DNA of 64,000 bases, taken from Trichoplax adhaerens (Eukaryota > Animalia > Placozoa). Where the stretch lies: contig NW_002060946.1 in assembly GCF_000150275.1 (NCBI RefSeq), forward strand, positions 8,089,554 through 8,153,553, read 5' to 3'. Positions 39,415 through 53,307 of this stretch are shown piece by piece. Numbering within the stretch: the stretch's first letter is position 1; each line of letters starts with the position of its first letter. The position numbers and the translations under genes were made by a program. The notes under the pieces are model-generated. The model saw only the letters and a program-made list of their open reading frames with translations, had not been told where the DNA came from and did not search any database.

Positions 39415-42400
39415 TTATGATTCTTGGCCACATACATCATTTAAGAAATTTTTATAGTAAACAAGATTGACACTTTGCGGCTTGGATTGATCATTTTCTT
39501 GGTCATCCCATCTCTCAGTCGCCAACCTGTCAAGAGTCTGTTTGACTTTTGGAGGAGTTCTTACATCAACTACAAGATTATAGAAGAGTTTATAAAAATA
39601 AAAGTTTAATTTTACTGGTATCAATGCAATCTATTATGAATTTCAACTTTTATTTTTAATTCCTATATAACTTTAACTATCGTACAGAAGATAACTGCGT
39701 TTGTTTGTAGTGGCTATCTTTTAAATGTCAACTTACTTGGATTAACTGTCCAGTTGATAAGGTGAATAAATTCATTATAAGATACCATCTCTCTTTTATT
39801 ATTTGGCATTCTAGTCATGAGAAAGTATCATACGTTATCACTGATGTTTATATTTTGGAATATCATAACAAGTAAGGCTTATCATACTGTGTACAGTTGC
39901 GTTTTCTATATAAAGCCTTATGTTATATTTGAGTCTTAAACGCTACTTGATGATAGTATTTATAACTTCATTTGAAAGCCTGCCGAAAATGAATAGTCAA
40001 TATGATTAGACTAACCTAGCGATCAATGCCCACAGTAAACCGTTCTTAACTGGCAGTTGATGAGATCGGCACAATCTTAACAGTTCATATTTATCTAAGC
40101 AGCCACTCCTATAAAAAATCATGAAAGATTTCGGATATCAGACCTTGAAACTGAACAATCTTGACTATGAACCTCATATTGAGGGATAATCCAGCAGAAC
40201 ACTTGAATTTCTAAATTAGAAAACGTTCAATTCATACTAGATTTGTGTAATTTTACTTACCTATCATTATCGTAGTGTGTAAAAATATCCCTTAAGCCTT
40301 GGTACCTGTCGTATCCACTCTGCTTTAACTGAAAACAAATAATTGCTAAATTAATTGCAGGCCTAGCTTTGAAGAAATTAAAAAGAGAATCTATACTATC
40401 TACTGAAATACACATTCAGCAACTACAAAGAAATTCTTGAATCCATGCCGAGAATATATTTTAATAATTAATAATAACTTAATAAGCTCTCGTTCGGTAC
40501 TAGGCGTATTTTTGTATATGATGAATATCGAGTTTTTTATTCACTCGAAGTTGATTTTATTGAACCAGTAACTATATCACTTACTTGCTCTTGCATAGCT
40601 GCCGCTAAATCTTCTATAGTTGTATCATCCTATAATTAATTATTAAAATAAAATTAATAATCTTTAACACAATAAATTTTTATAGGGAAATTGCAATAAT
40701 CTTACTGTATATTTTAATATGAGAAAACTTTATTGATTTGGGTTAAACAATAACTGATTAAGAATCTGTAGTGTTTCAGTATTTCTTATCACTCTCTTAC
40801 TTTGAGAATACTACAATGTGTACTCGTGTATATAGTAGTTATAGTAAATTATTTAATATCGCACCCGAACATCTCCGTAATATCGCCCAAGAGTCATCAA
40901 TTCGTGCTCATTCAAAGTATTGCCAGTAATTTGGCGAATAGCATGTCGTAGCGCTTCATATGGAATTTCACCAGCACCAGTTGGATCATGATTTATCAAT
41001 AATCCTTTGACTTTCTCTTTATCTGTCATGTGATTCCTTAAGACATTTATAATTCGGTTGATATCGGAATATGGAAACTAGAAGCAAATAATATATTCGA
41101 AATTTAGATAAAGAGGTCCAGTAATGCCGTCGCTTAGTTTATAAAAAATGCCAATTAATTTATTGATTGCTATGCAACTGCTTAGTGATGATTGTAGTTT
41201 TAACCGTTTCTAACTAGATAGGCTGGCTAACCTCACGAGCATTTTTCTCCATATATCTAAATGCGTATTCATCAGCATCAATTAGTATAAATTGATGACG
41301 ATAAAAGATAACTCTTGCACCAATAAATAAATCCTATTAATTTAAAAAAAGGTTGCTTGGTTTTAATTTCTGCTCATTAATGACAACTATTTTTAGATTT
41401 CACTACGTATTTGACCATTACCACTTTCAAGATATACGTATATTTCGGTTCTACAATACTTACGTTAGCACTGTAGTAAGTGGTATTGCCTTCTGTACTA
41501 CGGCTAGGATCAGCCACTCTTCCTCTTTCAAAAAACTTGCCACCAATGATACCTGCAAATGCACAGGAAAGAAGCACATTTTAATATTTACCTTATCATC
41601 CTATTCTAGTTCCTTATTGCATTTTAATATACATGAAAACATTCTCAATCAATCTCTAACATCGATTGAGCACGATATTATAATGATGCATTACTCGTTC
41701 GCATATTTTCAATTTAAAGTAGTAAATCACCGTAGTTACTAATAATGGTTATATATTTATACTTTAAAGTAGCTTTACAGATACAATTTCTAACTTATGA
41801 AATATAAATGAAGAAAAATTTTTATCTTGTAACGTAGGAAGATTGTATCTCCAATTCCTGCTATGCTACTTAAACATGCATCACTCAATTCTCACCTGAA
41901 TTCCTTTGTGGTGGTTCAAAAACCTTAATTGTATCATCCGAAAGAAAGTACGAGACAATGAAACGTCGATCAACATCAATTGGCTTAGCCGTATCCATCT
42001 TTGCGTAGAATCGCAAAATGTTGGTCTCCAAACCCTTTCTGCATTTTACATATAACCATTATAATAGATTCACGTAAATACACCCCATTCTAATATAGCG
42101 ATACATATACAGCTTTAATGTAAGATACTTACCGATCCTTCTCTACGAATTTAATGAAATCTCTTCTCGGTGGTTTTGGAATTAAGCTTAAACAGTTACC
42201 CAAGGAGTCTTCCTCAGAACCAAATCCGTTGTAGGGTGGGTACTGTCTTGGAGGTAAAGGTTGTGGAGGGGCTCGGATTTGGATTGGTTTTATATCTTCT
42301 GCAGAGCAAGAATCTTTATGTTAAACACTTATAGTGAACAAAATTTACAATTTCTTATGAACTTAAAAATTAATTATTTCATGGCATATACAATATCTTA

Positions 42401-44895
42401 CTTATTCCATATTTTGTACTGTAATATTCTTTGGTGAATTCATCACAGTCACATAGCAAAAATCGTCGACCATATACGTTTAAAACGTTTCCAATAGCTA
42501 GATCGCGCTCTGTATAGAAATCGCTAGCAATAGATCCGGTCTATACGAAAAACACATTTATCAGATACTCATTCGCTTAAGTGTTGTAAAACATAAGGAG
42601 ATAAAACAAAAATTAAATGACTGGACAGGTAACAATATAAACTCACCTTTAAGCTATCAATAATATAGCGTCCACCACGGCTAGCTGTGCCAAATACATT
42701 TAAGACAGTTCGATTCGTCTTCTCGCCAGGCTGTAGTAAAGGTGTAGGGCCCCTTGGCAACTTCTGGCGATGGATAAAGATAGATGTGGTATCCCGGCCA
42801 GCATTGGGAGGTATAGCTTCACGTATTTCAATGGTTTCATCAGCTAAGAAGAAGTGTAAGATCATTTCCCGCTCGTCGCCAAACATACTGTAGAGTTACA
42901 AAATGAGACAACATTAGCTGTAGACCACAGGTCGTAAATCAAGTTAATTGCCAAATAGGTTTTAACAATGTTTACAGCATGTAACTAAATATGTAGCAGT
43001 TACTTTTCTGTGTCATCCCATAAGCAGTAAAAGCGCAAAACATGTCTATCATGTTCTAAGAATTGCTTAAGATTGTCTTCTTTCTCATATGGCCGCCTAG
43101 GCTGCATGCTGTCATCCAGCTGGTAAAAATAATAAATAAATTTAATTGAGCAATTCCAGGTAGAATTATAATTATAAATATAAAATATTTAGATGATGCA
43201 AATCATCTTTCTAGGATAATCTATTTACGTATAATTCTTGTCTAATTTTTGTTTTATAATGTAGTTTGATATCATTAGCTTTGAATTAATAAAATACGTT
43301 TAATTAGAGCATTCTGCTTACTTTTCTGCGATGTTCAGTGTAAGGATCTTTCGGAGCTCCAATAGGATCATTAAGTTTAACTCCCAATTTTTTTAGAAAA
43401 TTACGAGTAAAAACATCACAATCCTGCATAAAATGACAAAATAGAATTCAGTTCAATCAAAATTGGATTGTGGATTATCAATGAATTATTTGATTTGTCC
43501 TAATATTTTGTTATATTCACTTTACTTACCACAATTTTAAATGTTTTACCATAAAAGCTGAGTTCGTTTCCAATGTTAAAATGATCCACTGAATAAAACT
43601 CGTCGTCATTAGGTGAAGGTAGCGCAATACGATGGCGGCGAAGAATAGTGCCTAAACGGTTGTTTTTGTGATTAGGAAATTGGAATCATGCATATGTTTC
43701 GTAAACAGACGGCATCATTTTGCATCTTTATCAATTCTATGATTATTAGTTGATTAAATCCTGTGTATTCTATCTAGGAAATTCTACCTTGTGGCATACC
43801 ACTGTTTCTTTGCTGTGATTCTACAACTTGGATGGTGTCATCTTCCAAGTAAAATAAGACTTTACACCTTTATAAGTTTATAAATTAAATTCATAAGGGT
43901 TTGAAAATATATTACAGTATGCAATTGAATCCTATTAATGCATTAAGCCTTCTCAATAAAAACGCGACGTTATATCAATAATTTATTAATGTAATATAAC
44001 TGTAAGGCATTACATTCGAATTCTGTAGTTTTCTTCGCGTCGTTCCTGAACAGCCTCTTGAAAGTAAGCATCAAATCTTAAAACCTGTAAAATAGATAGG
44101 TATATACTTTCAACAATAGTAGAAAAGTGTGCGTTGAAATCATGGATAAAAACCCGTTGTGTAATTACTTGTTTGTCAAATGCGATCCAGGCCGGTGTAC
44201 TACCAAAACCATCGGATTTTGGATAGGTAGTAAACTTTGGCTTGAGTTTCTGTCCTTGTACAGGCTCTCCACCTAAATATAGTTAGCATTATTTAACACT
44301 GGGAGATTACGCCAAGAATTGAATATTCTTCATAATAAATTGTAAATTGTCTATCAAGATTTCGTATAGATGCAACAAATTTTAATTAAGTAAACAATTC
44401 CAATACTGCGTTCAACTTGCACTATCATTCCATTCTGATTTAATCATCATCAGCGTAAAACTTACCGATACCGGGTTTTTCTTCTCCAACAAACACTGCA
44501 ACGCCATTTTGAAGATCAAACTGATGTGATTTGCTAAAATTGTTTTTACCAAGCTATAGCGCATAGAAGAATTGATGTAAGTGTGTTATTTCAAAGGTTT
44601 TAAAATATATTGTTAATATTTTATCGTAACCATCGTCATTAAGAATATTCATTTCTGTATAATTATTTCGGTGTATTCATTTATTAAGCAATGGATGATT
44701 ATATTAGTAGCAACGTATTGCCCTTTCAATTGTACTATCAACCCTCTTAAGACATTTTATAGAGATAAAAAAGGGAAACGTTATCATGCTTTACTAGATT
44801 ATACATTTACTCTATTTAAAAAATGATGATATTAATTTAAGAGTGCTTACATTTTGGTTAAAGGAAAGTCCTGGTAGGAATGGTAAATTACTCAT
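39415..44895 (-). CDS. EFHC2: EF-hand domain-containing protein 2 (three DM10 domains; Rib72-type microtubule inner protein), ~20 exons
   Basis: MSNLPFLPGLSFNQN|LGKNNFSKSHQF...EEKPGIGGEPVQGQKLKPKF..YPK..PAWIAFDKQVLRFDAYF matches EFHC2 rather than EFHC1. DM10 motifs FYLEDDTIQV, FFLADETIEI and YFLSDDTIKV are present. Confidence 0.93.
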
Positions 44896-45247
44896 GATTT
44901 CTTGCCTATCGTTGTTGATGATTGCTGATAGTTAAAACTGTAACTGAAGAAATTAACGAATGATCCAAATTAAAATTAAGTAGAAATACTTTTAGGCCTA
45001 AATAAGATCGCAACAGCACCCTAATATTCAAGTAGAATCGATCCTGAAATCATCAAGACTCTTAATTTACCTGCAAATTGTTTCAAAATTACTTGTATTA
45101 CTCGATTGCAATATGGTATATAATTCAGAGATGATTAGTGTGTGAGATGACAGCATTTAACGTAGAAGTGTAGCAAGTAGCCAAGGCGTTAGTCTTCTAT
45201 ACAACTTTCATACAAGTTCCAATACGGGCTAAAGTAATAGCATTTTG

Positions 45248-45345
45248 GTCGACATGGCAACTGAGTCAGCTAAGGGACTATTTGTTGACAGTGTGGCTTC
45301 GTGTTGCTTAGATACGATGGCTACAGTGATTTCCAGCTTGTTTAC
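45248..45345. promoter_or_regulatory. RFX X-boxes plus forkhead-type site upstream of EFHC2
   Basis: GTCGACATGGCAAC (45248-45261), GTTGCTTAGATAC (45303-45315) and TGTTTAC (45339-45345). Confidence 0.6.
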
Positions 45346-45411
45346 AGTGAATTTTATAGCTACAGTACTGTACATTGTGTAGTATTGTACTGTACTGTAC
45401 TGTACTGTGTG

Positions 45412-45775
45412 TGAACGAAAACTGATGTCACTAAAAGTGATAGGATTAGCCTATCGTTCCAATAATACTCGTATAAGAAGGCATCCCATAGGTGACATTC
45501 ATAGTGCTAGCTATACTGCGGTCTCATGTTTACTGTACAGTAAATAAATTTCGAAACTATGGGTGATGTTTAAACGAAAGTGATGTCACTTAAGAGCATA
45601 AGAGAACATATCACTTAGGTGACATGCATAGTGCTAACTGTATAGTATTTGCAAACATGCGATGCGATTATGCTTTCAACGAAAAATAATTCTCACTGGA
45701 ATATATATATTTAGCCATATTTTTACCACTACTTCTGTCAAGAACGTATCACAAAGGTGACATCAATAATGCTAA
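45412..45775. repeat. Three degenerate copies of a unit aacgaaa..tgatgtcact...aggtgacat..atagtgcta
   Basis: Copies start at ~45415, ~45572 and ~45677; two contain the inverted pair atgtcac/gtgacat. Confidence 0.65.
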
Positions 45776-45989
45776 GAGACCCTGATATCATAAAACATGG
45801 AGTACTTTCACGCATAAATAAAGACAACGGCGATATTCTATAGATCACTTCTCTTTGAGGCTGGTCTATCCAGACAATATTTATAATAAATTATATTATA
45901 TTATATCATACTTATTCTACTCTAATATTATCTATAACGTAGATTTATTTAATGTTCAAACCAAGATACAAGTCTAAATACGTCATGAT

Positions 45990-46250
45990 CTCAGCTTATT
46001 ACAGGAACTGCGTACCTTAAAAGTATGGCAATAGTCTGCAGTGCAAGATTATATGACGTAGAAAAGTCGATTTTTAACCTAATAAATTATTTGCAGCCTA
46101 TAATGATTTCACTAGATTAGAATCGTCAGTTTTTAACCTAATAATGTAATTGCAGATTGTTGTGATTGCAGCTTATTACAGGAATTGCCTACCTTGGAAG
46201 CCTGTCAATAGTCTGCAGTAACAGACTGTATGGCGTAGAATAATTGGTTT
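45990..46250. repeat. Local duplication (~80 bp x2, ~177 bp apart)
   Basis: cagcttattacaggaa.tgc.tacctt..aag..tg.caatagtctgcagt at ~45992 and ~46169. Confidence 0.75.
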
Positions 46251-46939
46251 AAGACTATTAATTAATTATCAGACATAATTAGTCAATACTGCTAAAGACA
46301 GCAATTTCCCTGCGGCTAATTTTAGCTGTATTATGGAATAGGAATACTTTCTCTTATGACCAAAACAAATGGCTCAAAATGCCATCCCCTTCTACCACTT
46401 GCCTTTGCAATAAACGTTGTATGCAAAAACGAAGAATTGACAGGCAAATAAAGTATTGAATGATATTATGATATTTATTGTTACAAGTTCTATATCTATC
46501 ACGTAGAACTTTACTATTACTAATGCGCTTGTCTTTCGTCAAGGTGCTGGCTATCATACTCATAGCTAAGCATATTAACGTTGTTAAGTGACTGAATGAA
46601 CCATCCTAATTAGCATTCGTAAACTATCGGAAGATCTAGCTCGCATACTGTCACTAATCTGTAAGTAGTAGTTGAGAAAACGAGGATTATTTTAATTGCA
46701 ATAACGGAGCTAAGGCCAAGATAAAGTTTAAAGTCTTCTCCAGCGTAGCCATTCAATCAGATAAACAATGACACCTTTCCATCACACTATAGACAATAAC
46801 CAGCCATAAATAGAGAAGGGGGCATTCTCGAATAGAGTATATTTGCATAGCGGTCCTTAGTAAAGTTGCCGATTCATGATATTCTTTCTAGTCAGAAGCA
46901 ACAACCTGTAATATCATTCTCTACACCCATCCCATTTTG

Positions 46940-47150
46940 AGAATTTGATTGATAGAGATACAGAATGCTGTACCAATTCAATTACATTACTTATACAACA
47001 GTTTACAAGCTGTAGGATAACATTACCGCAACATCATTATTGTCACCCGTCCAATTTTATGAATTTGATTGATAGGCAAACAGAATGGTGTGCCAATTCA
47101 ACTAGGTTACTTATACAGCAGATTAGATGCAGTAGGATAATATCGCCGTA
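46940..47150. repeat. Tandem duplication (~120 bp x2)
   Basis: gaatttgattgatag...cagaatg.tgt.ccaattcaa.ta..ttacttataca.cag at 46941 and 47061. Confidence 0.75.
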
Positions 47151-47428
47151 TATTTCCGATCACACCACCTTGTGCGTAGGAGAGACGAGCTCCTATTTTC
47201 AGCCAATCAGTCGACAAGCCATCAACTGTTCATCATTTAACGTCTTCTGGTTAAACTTGTTTATAGCTTTGTGGCAGGATTGTGATATTGTACGTGAAAG
47301 ATAAACATGTAAAGATGATATGCCATAATTTGATCATTAAGATATAGGATCAGATAGTTATGCACTACACGTAAGGACCGTTTTGATCGAATATTTATTG
47401 AAAACAACGATTCTTTATAGGTCAAACT

Positions 47429-48034
47429 ATGAAAGCAAATTGGACATTAATCGCTATTAGCGCTATATTACTTGTTGCAACCATTTTGGGTCCTGAACAA
47501 GAACGTCAAAGTATGGAGCAGCCTGAATCCGAAGAAGAAGACTATTTCTATCCTGATGATGTCGATGATCCTGATCAGGGAGAACCTAGGGGATTACCAT
47601 CACGGAAAATGTATTCGGGTGGTACAACCAAAAAACCACGAACCTCGAAAATGGTAAGAATTAAAACATCGCTTTCGTTGACACCAAATGCTCCTTTACG
47701 CAACATCCATATAGTTATAATAATCGTATAGTCATAAAATCAAACTACAGTTATAATTTTAGCGATGACGAAAAATTCATACGAATAGATCACTATAATT
47801 TAGGTTAGGCCTCTACTAAAGTTAACTAAGTAGAAATATTACGGCATTTCATTTCGCTAGGGTAAAATAACTTTTAATAATGATATCTCAATTGCTTATA
47901 TAGCAATTTCATCTTGCTTTATTGTCATTCATAAATGACTATATTTGCTTTTAAAGGGATGGGGTATGGATCGTTTGATGGCCTATGTGCACAAATTATC
48001 GAATTTGTTTAAATCAAAAATGAAGAAAAAATAG
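47429..48034 (+). CDS. Secreted peptide precursor A, 100 aa: signal, acidic propiece, basic linker and amphipathic Lys-rich C-terminus GWGMDRLMAYVHKLSNLFKSKMKKK; exons 47429-47653 and 47957-48034
   Basis: Hydrophobic signal MKANWTLIAISAILLVATILG; acidic ESEEEDYFYPDDVDDPD; donor ATG|GTAAGA at 47654; acceptor ttttaaag ending 47956; phase 0 open to TAG. 5'UTR acceptor at 47420. Confidence 0.72.
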
Positions 48035-51000
48035 ATTATAGGCCTTAAAATTTACGCGATGGCATGATAACCGCTTTAAATTGGATGATGCTACTCACCG
48101 TTAATTTCATGTCGAATTTAGGCCAGTTTAGTTTTATAACAATAATATTGGATTGATCAATTTTTTGGATAAAAGTCAGATCTTAATTTATTAGCCATTC
48201 TTTGTTTTTTCGAGATATTTAAATAGTTATTACCTTGCAATATTAGTAATTTTATTATAGTACTATTTTAATGTTATGGTTCTGTAATGTATTGGAGAGA
48301 TTTATAATATCACATTCAACGATTTAGCCACTATATTTATAACGTACTGGAAAATTAAATGATACGTAACGCTTCGTATAAATTTTAGAGTAGTTTAATT
48401 CACTCTGTTTGTATGCATTAGATCATAACGCGATATTGGCTTTTACTCTAGTGCTTACTGCTTAAAATAACCTACATGCTATTCATGTAGGTATAGATAT
48501 ATATGTAGCTATCATTGTAAATATGACTAGTAATGTTGGATAAATTTATAAATAAAATAATATATCATTCTGTATGGATCCATGGACATATCATTCATTA
48601 GCCATATTCAAAATGACTATATTAATACTTCAAGCATGTTAGCAGCTGAGATATGCCATTTCACACAGTTGCAAGCTAAGTTGACTGGATTGATCTATTC
48701 TCAACAGATATTAGCATCTGCTATGAGTAAATATAGAATCGATGTAATTCCATCTACATGCAAAAATATCATCTAACGATGCAAATCTCTTATGATATAA
48801 CGAAAATAGTTTTATCATGTCTAATTTATGTAATTTACTTGCTTATCAAAGAAAATATGCAAGGCACATCTAGTATCCTCTTTACTACTCTAGTTGAAGT
48901 GCTATATTGGCTTCATACATTTTACTTTTCATGCGATCTCTATTAGTGGTGTTAATGACTGTCAACGATGCAAAAGTGTATTTGCCGTTCGATAAACCAA
49001 CTTCTACTGGTAAAATAAGGTGATACTAGATAGATTTAAGAAGTAATAGACAATGTACTTTTGGTAATAGTGGATGAGTCTACTAATTTGTTTAGTACGT
49101 ACTGTAAATACAAATTGTAGAGTCTCACAGCACAAAAGTACACCAATTTCTATTACTGATAGCCAATAATTATTAGTAGCGTACCGGTAGTTCTTACCAT
49201 TTATCATAATGAGCTCGATCGATTCGATATTTCTGTTTCCATTTTCAAGCTATTTGATTACCTACTACAAGTTTATAAACAAGGAGCATACAATATAAGA
49301 GAAACAAGTATAAAAAATTACGGATTAATTGGAAAGCCCATATCATGGCAATGCTTAATTGGTTAAATGATTGTTCAAAAACTATACCGTATCTTTATCC
49401 TTAAGGTTACCTTCTTTACAAATTTATTACAAGAGATAGAAAATCAATTCTAAATTATAATTTGTATTTTATAAACTAGTATGGTACCCTTTCGATAGAA
49501 AAAAGCTACTGAGAAGTAAGCCTTGATGACTGCATTTATTTGCAGTTATATATTCACTCTATTTAACAATTGAGCTGGTTAAATAGCTTCTTTTTAATAA
49601 TTATAATTGTTGTACCTGTAAGAAGGTGTATAAGAAATGACCTCCCTTAATCGGGTGAAACGCTGTAGTTACTTACTACCATGGTTCTCATACATTACAT
49701 AAAGCAATAAACTTTGCTGCTGTTGGAAGGGTAAAATATTATATGCAAAATTACTGAAAATAAATAATATCTATTTTCTAATGAAGGATCCTTTGAACTA
49801 AGAATATAAATTTTTAATAAAATGTACAGGTATAAAAAGTAATTGACCTGTCATTACACCTTAATAGTTTGAATCTCTATGCTATAGGCTACCCATATTC
49901 GTTAAATATATCAAATATTGTGCAGCCTATGATTCATCTCCATTACTTTTTTCATGAGAGGTATTAAAATAATAATGTCGAAAATCATAGTCATAAAGTG
50001 CTATCTAGTTAGGATGAGCTTAACGAATAGCTATCATTCGACATTGATAGTACATAAATAAAGGCTCAAAGTAAGCATATTAATAAATCTAATGCTATAC
50101 CATGAAGAATTTGTGATTGATTAAGTAATATATCTAAAGTTGTACAGTTAAGGATTTGTGGCTGATTAAGTAGAGTAAAAATAAATGTGAACTGGCCGAT
50201 AGGTCTACAATTTTTAGCCTAGAGTCAAATCAAAACTGACTTGACTAAAACTACCGGAATTGTAAAGTGTCCATAGTTCTTCATTCTAGTTACTAAAAGT
50301 GAGTTAATATATCAACATTTGCTGACATTATGACGTACAATATTTCGAAAAATTTCTGAATATCTTACTATGATGACTATGTATCGAAATGAAAATCCCA
50401 CTAGAAAGATCAACATATATACATAAGGAATAGTTTATGAGAATGTAGATAAAAAATATTTATCTAAGGCCAAAATGAATCGTTTGATTTATTTCAAGTA
50501 TATTAATTAAAGTTAAGTTTTTATGCTTGAATTACTGCAATCCAGGGGAAAAGACAAACAGCGATTAAGCTATGAAGCCCTTTAGCTTTATCTGTCATAT
50601 AAATTATTTCACCGCAATTAATAATTAATAATTTTATTATTGTTTTAAATATCATTTTTATTGTCAGATATCCTTTCACATTGCCGTCGTAGTATAAGGT
50701 TTTTAGTATCATTGTGTTTAGAGTAATTTCTTTGTGTGCGAAATTGAAGTGAATTAAAATAGCTTTGAATAATCATTTTACCATGAAACGACAATCGACT
50801 TTTCATAGATTATTTCCCATTTAATTCATAAGAAATATCAATAAAATAATGCTATAATCCACATGAGACAGATCTAGACTAGTAAATATAATAATCTAAT
50901 GATAGACGAAAGCAATTAGAAGATTAAGTATATATATAGCTATTGTTAATTATCGAAAGCACTTGCATATTATGTATTTTACCGTATTACTTCACATGAA

Positions 51001-52807
51001 AAGTATAGAATTTATGATTTATACCTACGGAAAGAATAAATCTATACAGTATTTGACCTTTTCATTACCTTAACATGAGAGAGCGGAGCTACCACCATAG
51101 GTAGTGGATGAAGGTATTATGATTTATTAGTGAAATGATAGGATGTTAACAATGATGAAGCGCAAATCTTATTTATGGAACGGCAGTACAGTACTAGAGA
51201 TAAAAAATGAATGATTCTTTATAAGTGATCTTTGTATAATTAAAGGTAAGTATAAAAACCTAACTCTAGCTTGTTCTAAATGAATACATAATGATTTATT
51301 GACGAAGTTTCGGAATGTAAACAAGATGAGACACAAATCTTATTAATAGTATACGAGTAGGACTAAAGGTGGTAGATAATTTATATATGATCCTTATAAA
51401 CCATCTTGCATAATTAATACCGGTAGTAACATCCGAATATCTATGCCTATATTGTTTATTCAAAATTATTAATTCAGGATTACTTTCGTATTTACATACA
51501 ATCTAAACTACTCTGGATATGTTACGTTCAGAATTATAATCAGTAATTCGGTATCATTATTTATTTCTATAAATAAAACAAAGACGCAACATCATAAGCA
51601 ACTAGTAATGAAATAATCATTCGGAAGTTGTATCAAATTGTTTGTACATTTTATGAGTAATTTTTGAAGGTGTTATACTGTATATCAAAGAAAGCACTCC
51701 TTAACATTATGTCAACCAATTAATTTACTAAGTAAATCTGCCCCCATGACCAAAGCCGTTTCATCTGAAGTTTTGGATTATTCATCTGATTCTTATCGTG
51801 GCCTAATTTCATATTCCACAATGGTAGGCTATTGCTATTGGCATCACAGTTTGATAATCAATAGACTACATATATTATGCTTTCGGTCAATTATATTATT
51901 ACTCATTAATGGACAATATTTCGGTCCATCTTGTTTAAAGGCTCATAATGATATTTTGGCAGATTATACAATTTAGGTACTGAATGGATCTATCCTTTTC
52001 TAGCCTTCCGTATTGCACTCCGCTAAAACTAATTTTAAAAGCTCCATTATGCCCCATTACTATAGCAGCTACCGGTACTATGAAGGCCAGAAAATGGTCT
52101 TATGGTACTATTCTATAAGCTAATATTCGCAATTTACCCTAGCACTCGAAATTGTCTGAAGACCATCTTATAGACTCCATAGCAACGATAACTGCTAAAT
52201 TATTCAATTCTTAGTGATATTATTAAAGTACTCTTCTATATTTAATACTGCGTATGAACTAGTTGATTTCAATGTGATTATAAAATATCTTCAAACGTTT
52301 ACCATGTAAAACAGTACTATGGTAATAAAATGCTATTCTTAAATCACCGTTAAAGTCTTTTAAAATTAACCGCTGCTATCCTAGAAAAGACAATACATGC
52401 ATTAGCAATTAACAAATGAAGTTACTCAGTTGTATTACGTTTATCTATATCTAGAAGAATAATATATGAATAAAATAACATTTCTTTTTTGTCTTAGCAA
52501 AAGTATTCAAGTAGCTAAATCTCCACGAAATTACAAACATTTTACTTTGTCTCATAATAAGGTACGAAGTGATTAGTAGTGAGTTTGATTACGTGTAGTA
52601 ATAAAATTGACAGGTCTTATTGGTAGAAATAAGTTAGTTTTTTACTAACAAAATTGTGTTTGCAAGTATATATTGAGTACGGATCACATAATAGTATGAA
52701 TCGATTAACAATATTGTGTCTTATTTACTTTTGAAATTAACTAGCGTAAGAAATTTATCGATCACTGTCTAACTTCTCTCTTCATGATTACAGGTGCAAA
52801 TAGGAAA

Positions 52808-53307
52808 ATGAACATTAAATTGGCCTTGATAGCGTCGCTGTTTCTCTTTGCGGTGGCAAATGCTACCGAAGAAAATTACTCTGAATTCGAAAATCAATTA
52901 AAGGAAGAAGATGCAACCGATGATGCAACTCTCATGGATAAAGATGAAGGCGATGAAGATGATGAGACTGAGCAGCCAGTGGATATGATTGATGCTGATA
53001 AGGACCGCGAAGAGCTTGAAACACCAATGAAAAAATCGGTTAGTGTTTAGTATGCATTAATTGCTATAGCTTTTGTATCCCGTGACTAGTAAGTAATTTG
53101 CCTGCTTTTGAATATATTCCACTATTGTTATTAATATGAATTTTTATTACTGAATATTTTGGCATTTCTCAACTTAATGCCTATTTCTAAATTAAAATAT
53201 AGTTCTGGTGGCGCCGTCGTCGTCGTCGTCGTCATGATCGTCGTCGAGTTATCATTATTCCTCAACGTCCATTTTGGCGTCGTCGCAGCCATTTTCATGT
53301 ACCATAA
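52808..53307 (+). CDS. Secreted peptide precursor B, 111 aa: signal, 58-aa acidic propiece and FWWRRRRRRRHDRRRVIIIPQRPFWRRRSHFHVP; exons 52808-53038 and 53203-53307
   Basis: Signal MNIKLALIASLFLFAVANA; 25 D/E in the propiece; donor TCG|GTTAGT at 53039; acceptor atatag ending 53202. Exon 2 is a GC-rich CGT-codon island open to TAA. 5'UTR acceptor at 52793. Confidence 0.85.

Noticed and set aside
53209-53246. (CGT)n as a mere microsatellite
   Set aside because: It sits in frame after a valid acceptor, mixes synonymous CGC/CGT/CGA codons and has a paralogous exon at 63121, so it is treated as coding.
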